Below, piece by piece: positions 38,301 through 50,538 of a DNA stretch of 64,000 nt. This stretch comes from Priapulus caudatus (lineage: Eukaryota), in contig NW_014577068.1 in assembly GCF_000485595.1 (NCBI RefSeq), positions 1,221,761-1,285,760 of the forward strand, given 5' to 3'. The notes under the pieces were generated by a model. The model ran no database searches and was not told the DNA's origin. It worked only from the letters and a program-made list of their open reading frames with translations. Made by a program: the position numbers and the translations under genes. Numbering within the stretch: the first letter of the stretch is position 1; every line of letters starts with the position of its first letter.

Positions 38301-41300
38301 TCAGAAAATTACCACCCACGACAACTACTGCCGGACAAATTCTCGGGCCACCCGCGACAGACCTACTGTCAAGACAATCACCCCCCACGACAACTACTGG
38401 CCGGACCAATCACCTCACGGACAACTACTGGCCGGAAAATTACCGTCCGCCAATTAGCACGGACAACTACTGCCGGACAATCGTCCACGGACAACTACTG
38501 CCAGACCATCTTCCCACGGACCAACTACATTGCCGGACAATCTTCCCCACGGACAACTACTGCCGGAACAAATTACCCCCGCGGAACAGCTCCTGTCAAA
38601 ACATTACCCCACGAATCAACTCCTTAGAAAGAATACCCCCAACGAAACAACTACATGTCAGACAATTACCCCCGAACGAGAGAAGATCCCAACGGACCAA
38701 CTACTTGCACACAATTACCGTACCCCCCACGGAACAACTCCCTGTCAGAGAATACCCCCTACACAACTACTGTCCAGACAATTACCCACTGAAGATAACA
38801 AACTCCCTGTCAAACAATTACCCCCCCCACGAACAACTCCCTGTCAGAGAAATTACCCCCACAAACAACTACTTCGTCAGACAATTACGCCACGGAACAA
38901 ACTCCTGTCAGATAATATCCCACAGCGAACATACTCCTGTCAGACAATACCCCCACGACAAACCACTGGGCAACAATACGCCCATGTCGTTCACCCTATG
39001 GGCGATTGCTTAGGTGTAGCTATTTATTGTTAATTATGTGACATTATTGATTTATTATCGTTTGATAGTTGAAGTGAACCCCTGTATGTGAGCGCACCTT
39101 CCGCGCCACCTAACCTCACATTTTCGCTCAAAGATGATGATGAATAAATAAGTGAAAAAATTATTATATTTTACAATCGTCTTACAAATGATCATTTCCA
39201 AGGAATATATCGAATATAATATTATTTTAGCTATTTTACATTAAATTAAAGATAAATATTATATATAAAAAAAAATCGAAATAATATTTTTCATTCTAAA
39301 ATGTGTTTTTGCGAGAAATTAAATTCCACACAATGATCGTAAAATAAATAAAACTAAACCCCTTGGAGGTAATTATCCAGGGGCGATTAGGATGGAGGTG
39401 TGTGTAGTGGGTGGTTGTCCGGGGGATGATTGTCTGGGGGTGTAATTGCCCAGGTCGTAATAGAGTGGGGGAGGGGCGATTGTCCGGATGTGATTGTCCA
39501 TATGGTAATTGTCCCGGGGTGATTCTCCAAGGGGTAATTAGCCTCGTTCACACGAGACCTCGTATTTATGAAATACGGTATTGCCGAATACCGAATCTGA
39601 GACAAATACGCAGCCGAGCCCCGGTGTCACACGCCTGATTCGCGCTACAGAAATACGGTTATTGCGAGCAATGCGGTAGCAAGCCTTTTAAACAATCGAA
39701 GCGAACATCGAGATAACAAGTGCAATTCGCACACAACTGCCGAATAAAAATAGACGCGTCCGCGCTCGACAGCTTCCCACCGCGTTTGACACTGGAACTG
39801 GTCGAGTGGCGACCAAGTCCTATAAAATACGTCGCTTCAGAAATTCCGGTTTTTAGTCGTCAACACGTCGGAAATGCGCGGTCCAGAGATCCGGTATTTC
39901 TCCAACGCACGGCAAATTATTCGGGGTCTGGAAGCCACGATATTTAACAATAAAATAATGATCTGTTTAGATACGCGCGTAATTATCTTGGACCGGGCGT
40001 ATTTGCTCGTGTGAACGCTAAAATACGCGGATTCCTGAGCTACGTGTGAACGCGGGCTAATGTCCCGGGATGATAGTCGGTGGTAACCGTGCCCGGGAAA
40101 GATTGGCCCAAGAGGGGATAACTTTCGAGTGTTATGCATGGAGTAATTGTACAAGGGGGGTTGTCCGTTGTTATTTGTATGCTGGGGTGATTGTCCGCGC
40201 TGATTTAGGTGTATTTATCGCTAGAACCTGCATTACAAGACATACATTACAGCTGGTAAATCGCGGTACTTAATGATTGAATTAATTTAGTATTGCGTGT
40301 ATTTTGTACGGCGAACTGCTTTTCAATAAGAAATTGGTTGCTTTAGTGTTTTATAAAATTAGCGTGTGCACTTACTTGCAAATTGCCGTGTCGAATGGTG
40401 AAAAATCGCCGAGTAGATATTCATCCTAGACAACATTGCGCATCGGAATGATAACTGTTAAATTATATGTTTTTTCCGCAGTCCTGCCGGTATATTTCAA
40501 ATATCCAGCTTTATCGGCCTTTCTCAACCGTTGCGTATGTATTTTGTAAAAAGTGGGACATTTTCCAATGAACACAGTCTGTCGACAGTTCGGCACATTG
40601 CAACTGTAAGTAAACGAAAACATTTCATGTAAGAGTGTGTGAATAAGCCCGCTAAAATTAGATCATGGGTAGTCGTAGACAGACGCGCTTTGGAAAGAGT
40701 GGATGGAACACAAGCACGAACAACCGACAAATTTTGACGGCTGCGATCTCAATGGAGAAAATTAACACACGGCGAAGTATTTGGTCGAGGTCACCTATTG
40801 ATTTATTCTCCTTTACTAGCAAACAAATGTCCTAGATGCTTTTAGAAGCACACTGCACACTCACTCACCGCTAGGACGTAGGATTCAGAGCAAAGACTAA
40901 AATAAATAGACGTCCATGCCTGTTCGCAACACTTCTCTATTCCATACAGTACCGAACCTGAATGCTACGATAAGAATGGCGTAGCTGATGAAAATACATG
41001 ACGTAGATTCCGTGTGGCACAAGACTTGTAGAGAATCGTACGTGTGGTGTCGCCAAAGTCCCATAGACAAAAAATGGTTGTGGAAATATTTCAGCAGTAT
41101 CTTAAAATCCTACAGGAAGTCCACATTTCGGGTTAGGCGTATCTGTACATTTCGCTAGTGCACGCTGACATACCAGCTGAATATTGCCGTTCTAATTGGA
41201 CGGCACCGATATAATTATACATGATATATATTAATATATACTATATTATATAGTAATACGGTGTGTTGTGTGTGTGTGTGTGTTGTGTGTGCTGTGTGAG

Positions 41301-43071
41301 TGTGTATTGTGTGTGTGTGTGGTGTGTGCTGTAGTGTGTGACTGGTGTGGGTGATTGTGTGTGAGTGCTGTGTGTGTGTGTGTGTGGTGTGGTGTGTGTG
41401 TTGTGGTGTGTGTTGTGTGTGTGCGGAGCGTCGCGTGCGTGCGTCGTGCCTGCGCTGCGTGTGCCTGCGTGCGTGCCGTCACGTGCGTGCCGTGCTGGCG
41501 TGCGTCCCGCGCCGGCGCTCGCGTGTGTGTGTGTTGTCCTGTGGGCTCGAGCATGCAATTGGCGACAGATATATTTGAATAATCCTTTGTAAATTTTATT
41601 TTACTCCCCGGATAAGGAAGGAGACAGCAACCCCGCATTAAAACGGATATCTCTGCAGAACAAAACTTCGCTTCTTACTTAAAGAAAGAACTGGTAAACA
41701 TATCCTACAGCTTAAAACACAAAACTGGTCAGCTCTCAGCTTTTAAGTACGATTCTAGAACATAGCACCTATAAAAAACATTTTTAGAACAAAAACTTAC
41801 GTGTATATATGCTGCGTTCATTTTATAGGTGCGTGTTGTGCAGCAACGTATCTTAACGTAAAATTTAACTCACCGGCTTAGTCCAGGAACGATCTTTACA
41901 GTTTAGTTAGAAAACTTAGTAATTACATTAACATTAGAGTGTATGATGTGAATATAATTATTAGAGGTATTACAGCCAATAATGACCGCGTCATGCTTTG
42001 CTATAGCCAATATATCCATGCCAAATTATTTTACTCTCAATTCTTTAACATTAGAACTAGCTAACTTCTTCGCTCCGCAGATGGCGGGCGCGGTGCACAT
42101 TTTTATCACATAAAATTACGTATGATTGTGATTGGTGTGTGCGCGCGCGGGCGTGCTGCGTGCGTGCCGTGCGCGCGTGCGTGTGTGCGTGCGTCCTTCG
42201 TGCGTGGGCGTATTTGTGACCCACAACATAGCCAGTTTCGCGTCACACGTCACAGCGCTGCGTCGTGTGCGTTTTTGCTTGCAGATCAATTTGATTGTCG
42301 TAGTGAGTGAATATGTATTTGCTTAACTATGCCTCTCCCAACATATATCTACTACTCCATCTCGTGGTTTTATGCGCTTCGGCTCAAATGGTCATGCCAC
42401 CAGATGGTTAATTCCATGAGAACAAGCCAGCCCCGGTAAAATCATGACGCGTGGGCAACTGGTCACGTAAAGCTTTTGTAATTTGCCGTCATAATGAACT
42501 GATAGTTCACTAGATGTTCTCTGATAAGATCGTCCTATAGGTTCCGACCGTAATTATATAAACAGAGAACGCAATAAAAATACCCATACGAAGAGTGCCA
42601 TTACTCTACATGAACACTTATTCTCATCCAGCCTCCTCTGCTCTGCATACGTTAATACATTTAGACAAACGGATCGTTCCATCAAATAGAAAATGATAGC
42701 TAGTTAGTTGTCGACTACGACTAAGCTACCATGTCCCGCGCAAATAGTTATCTTGGAGTTCCCCTCAGTTTCGAATCATCGATGTGAGTACTACCTGTCT
42801 CCCTAGCGCTCTATGTCAAGCTCGCCCCCCCCCCCCCTACGCCACCTAATCGTTTCAGTGCTCATGACCGTAACTACTTCGCGATATAACGTGATAACAT
42901 TGGTAACGTCTCCTTTGCTATGTCGGCGGCGAAGTTTAAGGTTAAATGGAAAGAAGTCCTGCTGACATACGCCTGTAGCTGCGCCAATGACCCTATAGAG
43001 ACCGACCGACGTCAGTCGTTCCCGTCGTCTTGCTCTCTCTCCTCTCCCTCTGTCTCTCTCACTTCTCCCTC

Positions 43072-43113
<42 letters not shown>

Positions 43114-43324
43114 CTCTCTCTCTCCTTCTCTCGTCTCTCTCCTCCTCTCTTTCTCTCTCTCATCTCTCCTCTTTCCTTCTCTCTCGGTTCGCTTTCTCTC
43201 TCTCCCTCTTCCCATTCTCTCCTCTCTCTCCTCTCTTCTCCTCTGCCTGTCTCTCTCTTCCTCTCCTCTCTCCTCTTGTCTCTCTCGTCTCATCCCTCTC
43301 TCTCTTCTCTCTCTCTCTCTCTCC

Positions 43325-43356
<32 letters not shown>

Positions 43357-44766
43357 CCTNNNNNNNNNNNNNNNNNNNNNNNNNACGGACATCTACTGTC
43401 AGACAATTACCCCCACGAACAACTACTGTCAGAAAATTACACCCACGGACAACTACTGTCGGACAATTACCCCCACGGACAACTACTGTCAGACAATAAT
43501 TACCCCCACGGACAACTACTGTCAGACAATTACCCCCACGAACAACTACTGTCAGAAAATTACCCCCACGGACAACTACTGTCAGACAATTACCCCCACG
43601 AACAACTACTGTCAGAAAATTACCCCCACGGACAACTACTGTCAGACAATTACCCCACAAACAACTACGGTCAGAAAATTACCCCCACGGACAACTACTG
43701 CCGGACAATTACCCCCACGGACAACTACTGTCAGACAATCACCCCCACGGACAACTACTGCCGGACAATCACCCTCACGGACAACTACTGCCGGACAATT
43801 ACCCCCATGCACGGACAACTACTGCCGGACAATCTTCCCACGGACAACTACTGCCAGACAATCTTCCCACGGAAAACTACTGCCGGACAATTACCTCCAC
43901 GGACAACTACTGTCAGACAATTACCCCCACGGACAGCCACTGCCGGACAATCACCCCACTGACAACTACTGCGGGACAATCTTCCCACGAACAACTACTG
44001 CCGGACAATTACCCCCACGGACAACTACTGTCAGACAATTACCCCCCCGAACAGCTACTGTCAGACAATTACCCCCACGGACAACTACTGTCAGACAATT
44101 ACCCCCACGGACAACCACTGTCAGACAATCACCCCCACTGACAACTACTGCGGGACAATCTTCCCACGGACAACTACTGCCGGGCAATTACCCCCGCGGA
44201 CAGCTCCTGTCAAACAATTACCCCCACGAACAACTCCTGTCAGAGAATTACCCCCACGAACAACTACTGTCAGACAATTACCCCCACGAACAACTCCTGT
44301 CAGATAATTATCCCCACGAACAACTCCTGTCAGACAATTACCCCCACGGACAACTACTGGCAGACAATTACGCCCACTGACAACTACTGTCAGTCAATTA
44401 CCCCCACGAACAACTCCTGTCAGAGAATTACCCCCACGAACAACTACTGTCAGACAATTACCCCCACGAACAACTCCTGTCAGATAATTATCCCCACGAA
44501 CAACTCCTGTCAGACAATTACCCCCACGGACAACTACTGGCAGACAATTACGCCCACTGACAACTACTGTCAGTCAATTACCCCCACGAACAACTCCTGT
44601 CAGACAATTACCCCCACGGACAACCACTGGCAGACAATTACGCCCACTGACAACTACTGTCAGTCAATTACCCCCACGAACAACTCCTGTCAGACAATTA
44701 CCCCCACGGACAACCACTGGCAGACNNNNNNNNNNGCGTGCCTGCGTGCGTGCCTGCGTGCGTGCC

Positions 44767-44799
<33 letters not shown>

Positions 44800-46212
44800 G
44801 CGCTCGCGTGTGTGTGTGTGTCCTGTGGGCTCGGGAGCATGCATTGCGACATATATATTTGAATAATCCTTTGTAAATTATTTTACTCGGATAAAGGAGA
44901 CAGGACCCCGATTAAACGGGATATTCTCTGCAGAACAAACTTCGTTCTTACTTTAAAAAAACGTGGTAAAATTATCCTAAGCTTAAACACAAACTGTCAG
45001 CTCTCGACTTTTAAGTAGATTCTAAACATAGTGAGCTATAAAAACAGTTTCAGAACAAAACTTACGTGTATTATATGCTGCGTGCATTTTATAGTGCGTG
45101 TTGTGCACAGACGATTACGTAAAATTTACTCACCGCTTAGTCAGAACATTTTTACAGTTATTAAAAATTATGAATTATTAACATTAGATTGTATGATGTG
45201 AATATAATTATGTAGAGGTATTACAGCAATAATGACCGCGTCATTCTTTTGCTAATAGCCATCCATCCATAATATTACCCCATTTTACATTAGAACTAGC
45301 TAACTTTTCGCTCCGCCAGATGGCGCGCGGTGCACATTTTTATCACATTATAACGTATATGTGATTGTGTGTGTGCGCGCGCGGCGTGCGTGCGTGCGTG
45401 CGTGCGCGTGTGTGTGTGTGTGCGTGCGTTCGTGCGTGCGTGGGCGTATTTGTGACCCACAACATGCGCAGTTCGCTCACACGTCACAGCGCTGCGTGTG
45501 TGCGTTTTTGCTTGCAGATATTTGTCGTAGTAGTAATATTATTTGCTTAACTATCCTCTCCAACATATTCTACGACTCCCTCGCTCGTGGTTTTATGCGC
45601 TTCGCTCAAATGTTTCATGCCACAGATGTTAATTCCATGAGAACAAGCCAGCCTCGGTAAACATGACCGTGCAACTGGTCACGTAGCTTTTTTAATTTCC
45701 GTCATAATGAACTGAGTGTTTCACTAGATGTTCTCTGATAAGATGCTGTCTATAGGTTTCCGACCGTATTTATATACAGAATAGCAATAAAATACCATAC
45801 GAGAGCCATCACTTACATGATAGGTATTCTCCCAGCCTCCCTGCTCTGCATACGTTAATACCATGTAACAGACGGATCGTTCCACAATTATAAATGATAG
45901 GCTATTAGTTTCGACTCGACTAGGCTACCATGTCCTCCCAAATAGTTTCTTGGAGTTTCCTCTTTATCGAATCATGCGATGTCAGTACTACCTGTCTCCT
46001 AGCGCTTCCTATGCAAGCTCTCCCCCCCCCCCACCTATCTTTTTTCAGTGCTCATCCGTACTACTGGCGATTATAACGTGATTAACATTGTAACGTCGTC
46101 CTTTGCTATGTCAGCGAAGTTTAAGTGTTAAATGGAAAGAAGGTCCTGCATACGTGTATCTGCCCAATGACCCTATAGGACCGACCGGACGGTCAGTCGG
46201 TCCGTCGGTCTT

Positions 46213-46262
<50 letters not shown>

Positions 46263-47188
46263 GCGTATTTACATCAAATACCGGATCTGTTTAGATACCG
46301 TATTTCTTGGACCGCGCATTTTGCCTCGTGTGAACGCTAAATACCGGATATCTTGCTACGTGTAAACGCGACTAATGTCCGGGAGTGATAGTTCGGGTGG
46401 TAATCGTCCGGGAAATGATGGCCCAGAGATAACTGTTCGAGTGTTAATGACATGGAGTAATTGTACAAGGGGGGTTGTCCGGTTGTTATTGTATCTGGGG
46501 TGATTGTCCGGGCTGATTGTACGGTGGTATTTATCCTAGAACCGCATAAAGACATACATTTACAGCTGGTAATCGCGTACGTGAATGATTGAATTAATTT
46601 AGTAGTTGCGTGTAATTTTGTACCGACTGCTTTTCATAAAATTTTCTTTAGTGTTTTATAAAATTAGCGTGTGCACTTACTTGCAAATGTGCCGTGTGAA
46701 TGGTGAAAAATCCGTAGTATTCATCCTAGACACATTGCCCATGAATGTAACTGTTAAATTATACTGATTTTCGCAGTCCTGCGGTAATGTTTTAATATCC
46801 AGTTTATCGCCTTTCTTCACCGTTGCGTATGTATTTTGTAAAAAGTGGGTGACATTTTCCAATGAACACAGTCTCTCGACGTCGCACATTGCAACTGTAA
46901 GTAAACGAAAACATTTCTGTAAGAGTGTGTGAATAAGCCGCTAAATTAGATCATGGTAGTCGTAGACAGACGCGCTTTTGGAAGAGTGGATGGAACACAA
47001 CAACACAAATTTGACGGCTGCGATCTCATTGGAGAAAATTAACGACCGGCGAAGTATTTGGTCGAGGTCACCTTGATTATTCTCCTTTTACTGGGCAACA
47101 AATGTCTAGATGCTTTTTAGAAGCACACTTGCACCTCACTCACCGCTAGGAACTAGGATTCAGAGCAATGACTAATAAATATATCCAT
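35316..47188 (-). CDS. Uncharacterised Cys-patterned, probably secreted and GPI-anchored protein (~300 aa), multi-exon
   Basis: Minus-strand exons with gtaagt donors and matching phases: 46894-46681 (indel-ridden duplicate at 40603-40376), 37052-36814, 35996-35810, 35526-35316 (TAA). Candidate first exon 47188-47144 (duplicate 40917-40869) is corrupted. Hydrophobic C-terminus SSAADDNSVISIWLMLTGAIASHLW*. Confidence 0.7.
36404..36687. mobile_element. MITE-like intronic element
   Basis: Inverted arms tttattttgttggtttacaga / tctgtaaaccaacaaaataaa with aggc...gcct ends. Confidence 0.55.
37860..38985 (+). repeat. Degenerate, indel-rich array of the 30-bp minisatellite
   Basis: Same unit as 43385-44725 (acggacaactactgtcagacaattaccccc) with many small indels. 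Confidence 0.85.
39540..40058. mobile_element. PIF/Harbinger-like MITE nested in ggggtaattgtcc-type repeats
   Basis: Ends agcctcgttcacacg / cgtgtgaacgcgggct in a T/A context; interrupts reverse-oriented gattgtccggg repeats. Superfamily call is inference. Confidence 0.5.
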
Positions 47189-47468
47189 GCCTGTCGCAAC
47201 ACTTCTCTATGTCCATACATACCCGAACTGAATGCTACGATCAAGAATGCGAGCTGATGAAAATACATGATCGGTAGATTTCCGTGTGGCACAAGACTTG
47301 TAGAAACGTACGTGTGTGTCGCCAGGTCCCATAGACAAAATGGGTGTGGAATATTTCAGCAGTATCTTAAAATCCTACAGGAAGTCAACATTTCGGTTAG
47401 GGGCGTATCTGTTACATTTCCTAGTGCACGCTGACATACAGCTGAAGTATTGCCGTTCTATGGACGCC

Positions 47469-47556
<88 letters not shown>

Positions 47557-49295
47557 AGTGTGTGACTGGTGTGGGTGATTGTGTGTGAGTGCTGTGTGTG
47601 TGTGTGTGTGGTGTGGTGTGTGTGTTGTGGTGTGTGTTGTGTGTGTGCGGAGCGTCGCGTGCGTGCGTCGTGCCTGCGCTGCGTGTGCCTGCGTGCGTGC
47701 CGTCACGTGCGTGCCGTGCTGGCGTGCGTCCCGCGCCGGCGCTCGCGTGTGTGTGTGTTGTCCTGTGGGCTCGAGCATGCAATTGGCGACAGATATATTT
47801 GAATAATCCTTTGTAAATTTTATTTTACTCCCCGGATAAGGAAGGAGACAGCAACCCCGCATTAAAACGGATATCTCTGCAGAACAAAACTTCGCTTCTT
47901 ACTTAAAGAAAGAACTGGTAAACATATCCTACAGCTTAAAACACAAAACTGGTCAGCTCTCAGCTTTTAAGTACGATTCTAGAACATAGCACCTATAAAA
48001 AACATTTTTAGAACAAAAACTTACGTGTATATATGCTGCGTTCATTTTATAGGTGCGTGTTGTGCAGCAACGTATCTTAACGTAAAATTTAACTCACCGG
48101 CTTAGTCCAGGAACGATCTTTACAGTTTAGTTAGAAAACTTAGTAATTACATTAACATTAGAGTGTATGATGTGAATATAATTATTAGAGGTATTACAGC
48201 CAATAATGACCGCGTCATGCTTTGCTATAGCCAATATATCCATGCCAAATTATTTTACTCTCAATTCTTTAACATTAGAACTAGCTAACTTCTTCGCTCC
48301 GCAGATGGCGGGCGCGGTGCACATTTTTATCACATAAAATTACGTATGATTGTGATTGGTGTGTGCGCGCGCGGGCGTGCTGCGTGCGTGCCGTGCGCGC
48401 GTGCGTGTGTGCGTGCGTCCTTCGTGCGTGGGCGTATTTGTGACCCACAACATAGCCAGTTTCGCGTCACACGTCACAGCGCTGCGTCGTGTGCGTTTTT
48501 GCTTGCAGATCAATTTGATTGTCGTAGTGAGTGAATATGTATTTGCTTAACTATGCCTCTCCCAACATATATCTACTACTCCATCTCGTGGTTTTATGCG
48601 CTTCGGCTCAAATGGTCATGCCACCAGATGGTTAATTCCATGAGAACAAGCCAGCCCCGGTAAAATCATGACGCGTGGGCAACTGGTCACGTAAAGCTTT
48701 TGTAATTTGCCGTCATAATGAACTGATAGTTCACTAGATGTTCTCTGATAAGATCGTCCTATAGGTTCCGACCGTAATTATATAAACAGAGAACGCAATA
48801 AAAATACCCATACGAAGAGTGCCATTACTCTACATGAACACTTATTCTCATCCAGCCTCCTCTGCTCTGCATACGTTAATACATTTAGACAAACGGATCG
48901 TTCCATCAAATAGAAAATGATAGCTAGTTAGTTGTCGACTACGACTAAGCTACCATGTCCCGCGCAAATAGTTATCTTGGAGTTCCCCTCAGTTTCGAAT
49001 CATCGATGTGAGTACTACCTGTCTCCCTAGCGCTCTATGTCAAGCTCGCCCCCCCCCCCCCTACGCCACCTAATCGTTTCAGTGCTCATGACCGTAACTA
49101 CTTCGCGATATAACGTGATAACATTGGTAACGTCTCCTTTGCTATGTCGGCGGCGAAGTTTAAGGTTAAATGGAAAGAAGTCCTGCTGACATACGCCTGT
49201 AGCTGCGCCAATGACCCTATAGAGACCGACCGACGTCAGTCGTTCCCGTCGTCTTGCTCTCTCTCCTCTCCCTCTGTCTCTCTCACTTCTCCCTC

Positions 49296-49337
<42 letters not shown>

Positions 49338-49548
49338 CTCTCTCTCTCCTTCTCTCGTCTCTCTCCTCCTCTCTTTCTCTCTCTCATCTCTCCTCTTTCC
49401 TTCTCTCTCGGTTCGCTTTCTCTCTCTCCCTCTTCCCATTCTCTCCTCTCTCTCCTCTCTTCTCCTCTGCCTGTCTCTCTCTTCCTCTCCTCTCTCCTCT
49501 TGTCTCTCTCGTCTCATCCCTCTCTCTCTTCTCTCTCTCTCTCTCTCC

Positions 49549-49580
<32 letters not shown>

Positions 49581-49583
49581 CCT
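39940..49583. repeat. Local duplication/triplication, at least partly an assembly artefact
   Basis: ~41325-43359 appears identical to ~47549-49583 (offset 6224, identical ORF translations). 44736-46260 is a third, variant copy, and 46261-47470 repeats ~39940-41210. Confidence 0.9.
43385..44725 (+). repeat. 30-bp minisatellite (acggacaactactgtcagacaattaccccc), about 44 units
   Basis: Clean tandem array between two N gaps, with higher-order repetition of variant units after ~44220. Confidence 0.95.
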
Positions 49584-49805
49584 NNNNNNNNNNNNNNNNN
49601 NNNNNNNNNNNNNNNNNNNNNNNNNNNNNNNNNNNNNNNNNNNNNNNNNNNNNNNNNNNNNNNNNNNNNNNNNNNNNNNNNNNNNNNNNNNNNNNNNNNN
49701 NNNNNNNNNNNNNNNNNNNNNNNNNNNNNNNNNNNNNNNNNNNNNNNNNNNNNNNNNNNNNNNNNNNNNNNNNNNNNNNNNNNNNNNNNNNNNNNNNNNN
49801 NNNNN

Positions 49806-50281
49806 TGAGAAAACACCTACAGGAAGGCGTGATCGACAGAGCGACAAAGCTCTTCATGCAGACGAGAAAACACCTACAGGAAGGCGTGATCGACAGAGCG
49901 ACGTAGCTCCGCACGCAGACGAGAAAACACCTACAGGAAGCGGCATCGCCAGCCGCCACCCAGCATCCGTCGCCGACGCAAGCCTCGGACATCCGCGCAA
50001 GCCCGCAGGTGGCAGCACGGGTCGCGCGAGCAGGCTGGCCGCGAGAGCGTCACCGCATCATCGCAGTGAGAGGGCAGCACTGTTTGCAGACCGGCGCGTG
50101 ACTGCGGGGTCTCCGGAGGACGATTGGAAGGCGCTGCTACTGCTGGTGCCTATGAGGCTCGGCAGTGACATCCTTAATGATCTATACGAACCTTGTATCA
50201 AGCGCATTCTGGCTCATGACTCATGCATCGGTATCATGGGCGGACGGCCGAAACACTCGCTCTTCTTTGTCGGCTGGCAGG
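49806..50281 (+). CDS. ATG4: Exon of cysteine protease ATG4 (peptidase C54, ATG4C/D-like); 5' end lies in the gap
   Basis: WKALLLLVPMRLGSDILNDLYEPCIKRILAHDSCIGIMGGRPKHSLFFVGWQ matches the conserved ATG4 segment; donor g|gtaagt at 50281/50282. Confidence 0.85.
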
Positions 50282-50455
50282 GTAAGTCTCCATCTCTCTT
50301 TCTCTCTTTCTCTCTGTCTCTCGTGTTTTCGTCTCTGTCCTTCATGCTCTTTTATGCTCCTTCATCTTTCTTTTATCTTTCTCACTTTCTTTATGTCCCT
50401 TTCTCTCTCTCACTCTTTCTCTTTTGTTTTGAGCTGTCACTTGAATTAAAAACAC

Positions 50456-50538
<83 letters not shown>

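Noticed and set aside
42920..44380. 486-aa ORF, and the N-terminal part of the 494-aa ORF at 49144
   Set aside because: They run through CT microsatellite and N gaps; only the ATG4 portion (49806-50281) has homology.
43385..44725. CRISPR-like appearance of the 30-bp array
   Set aside because: Units are directly adjacent with no unique spacers, there are no cas genes, and the context is eukaryotic.
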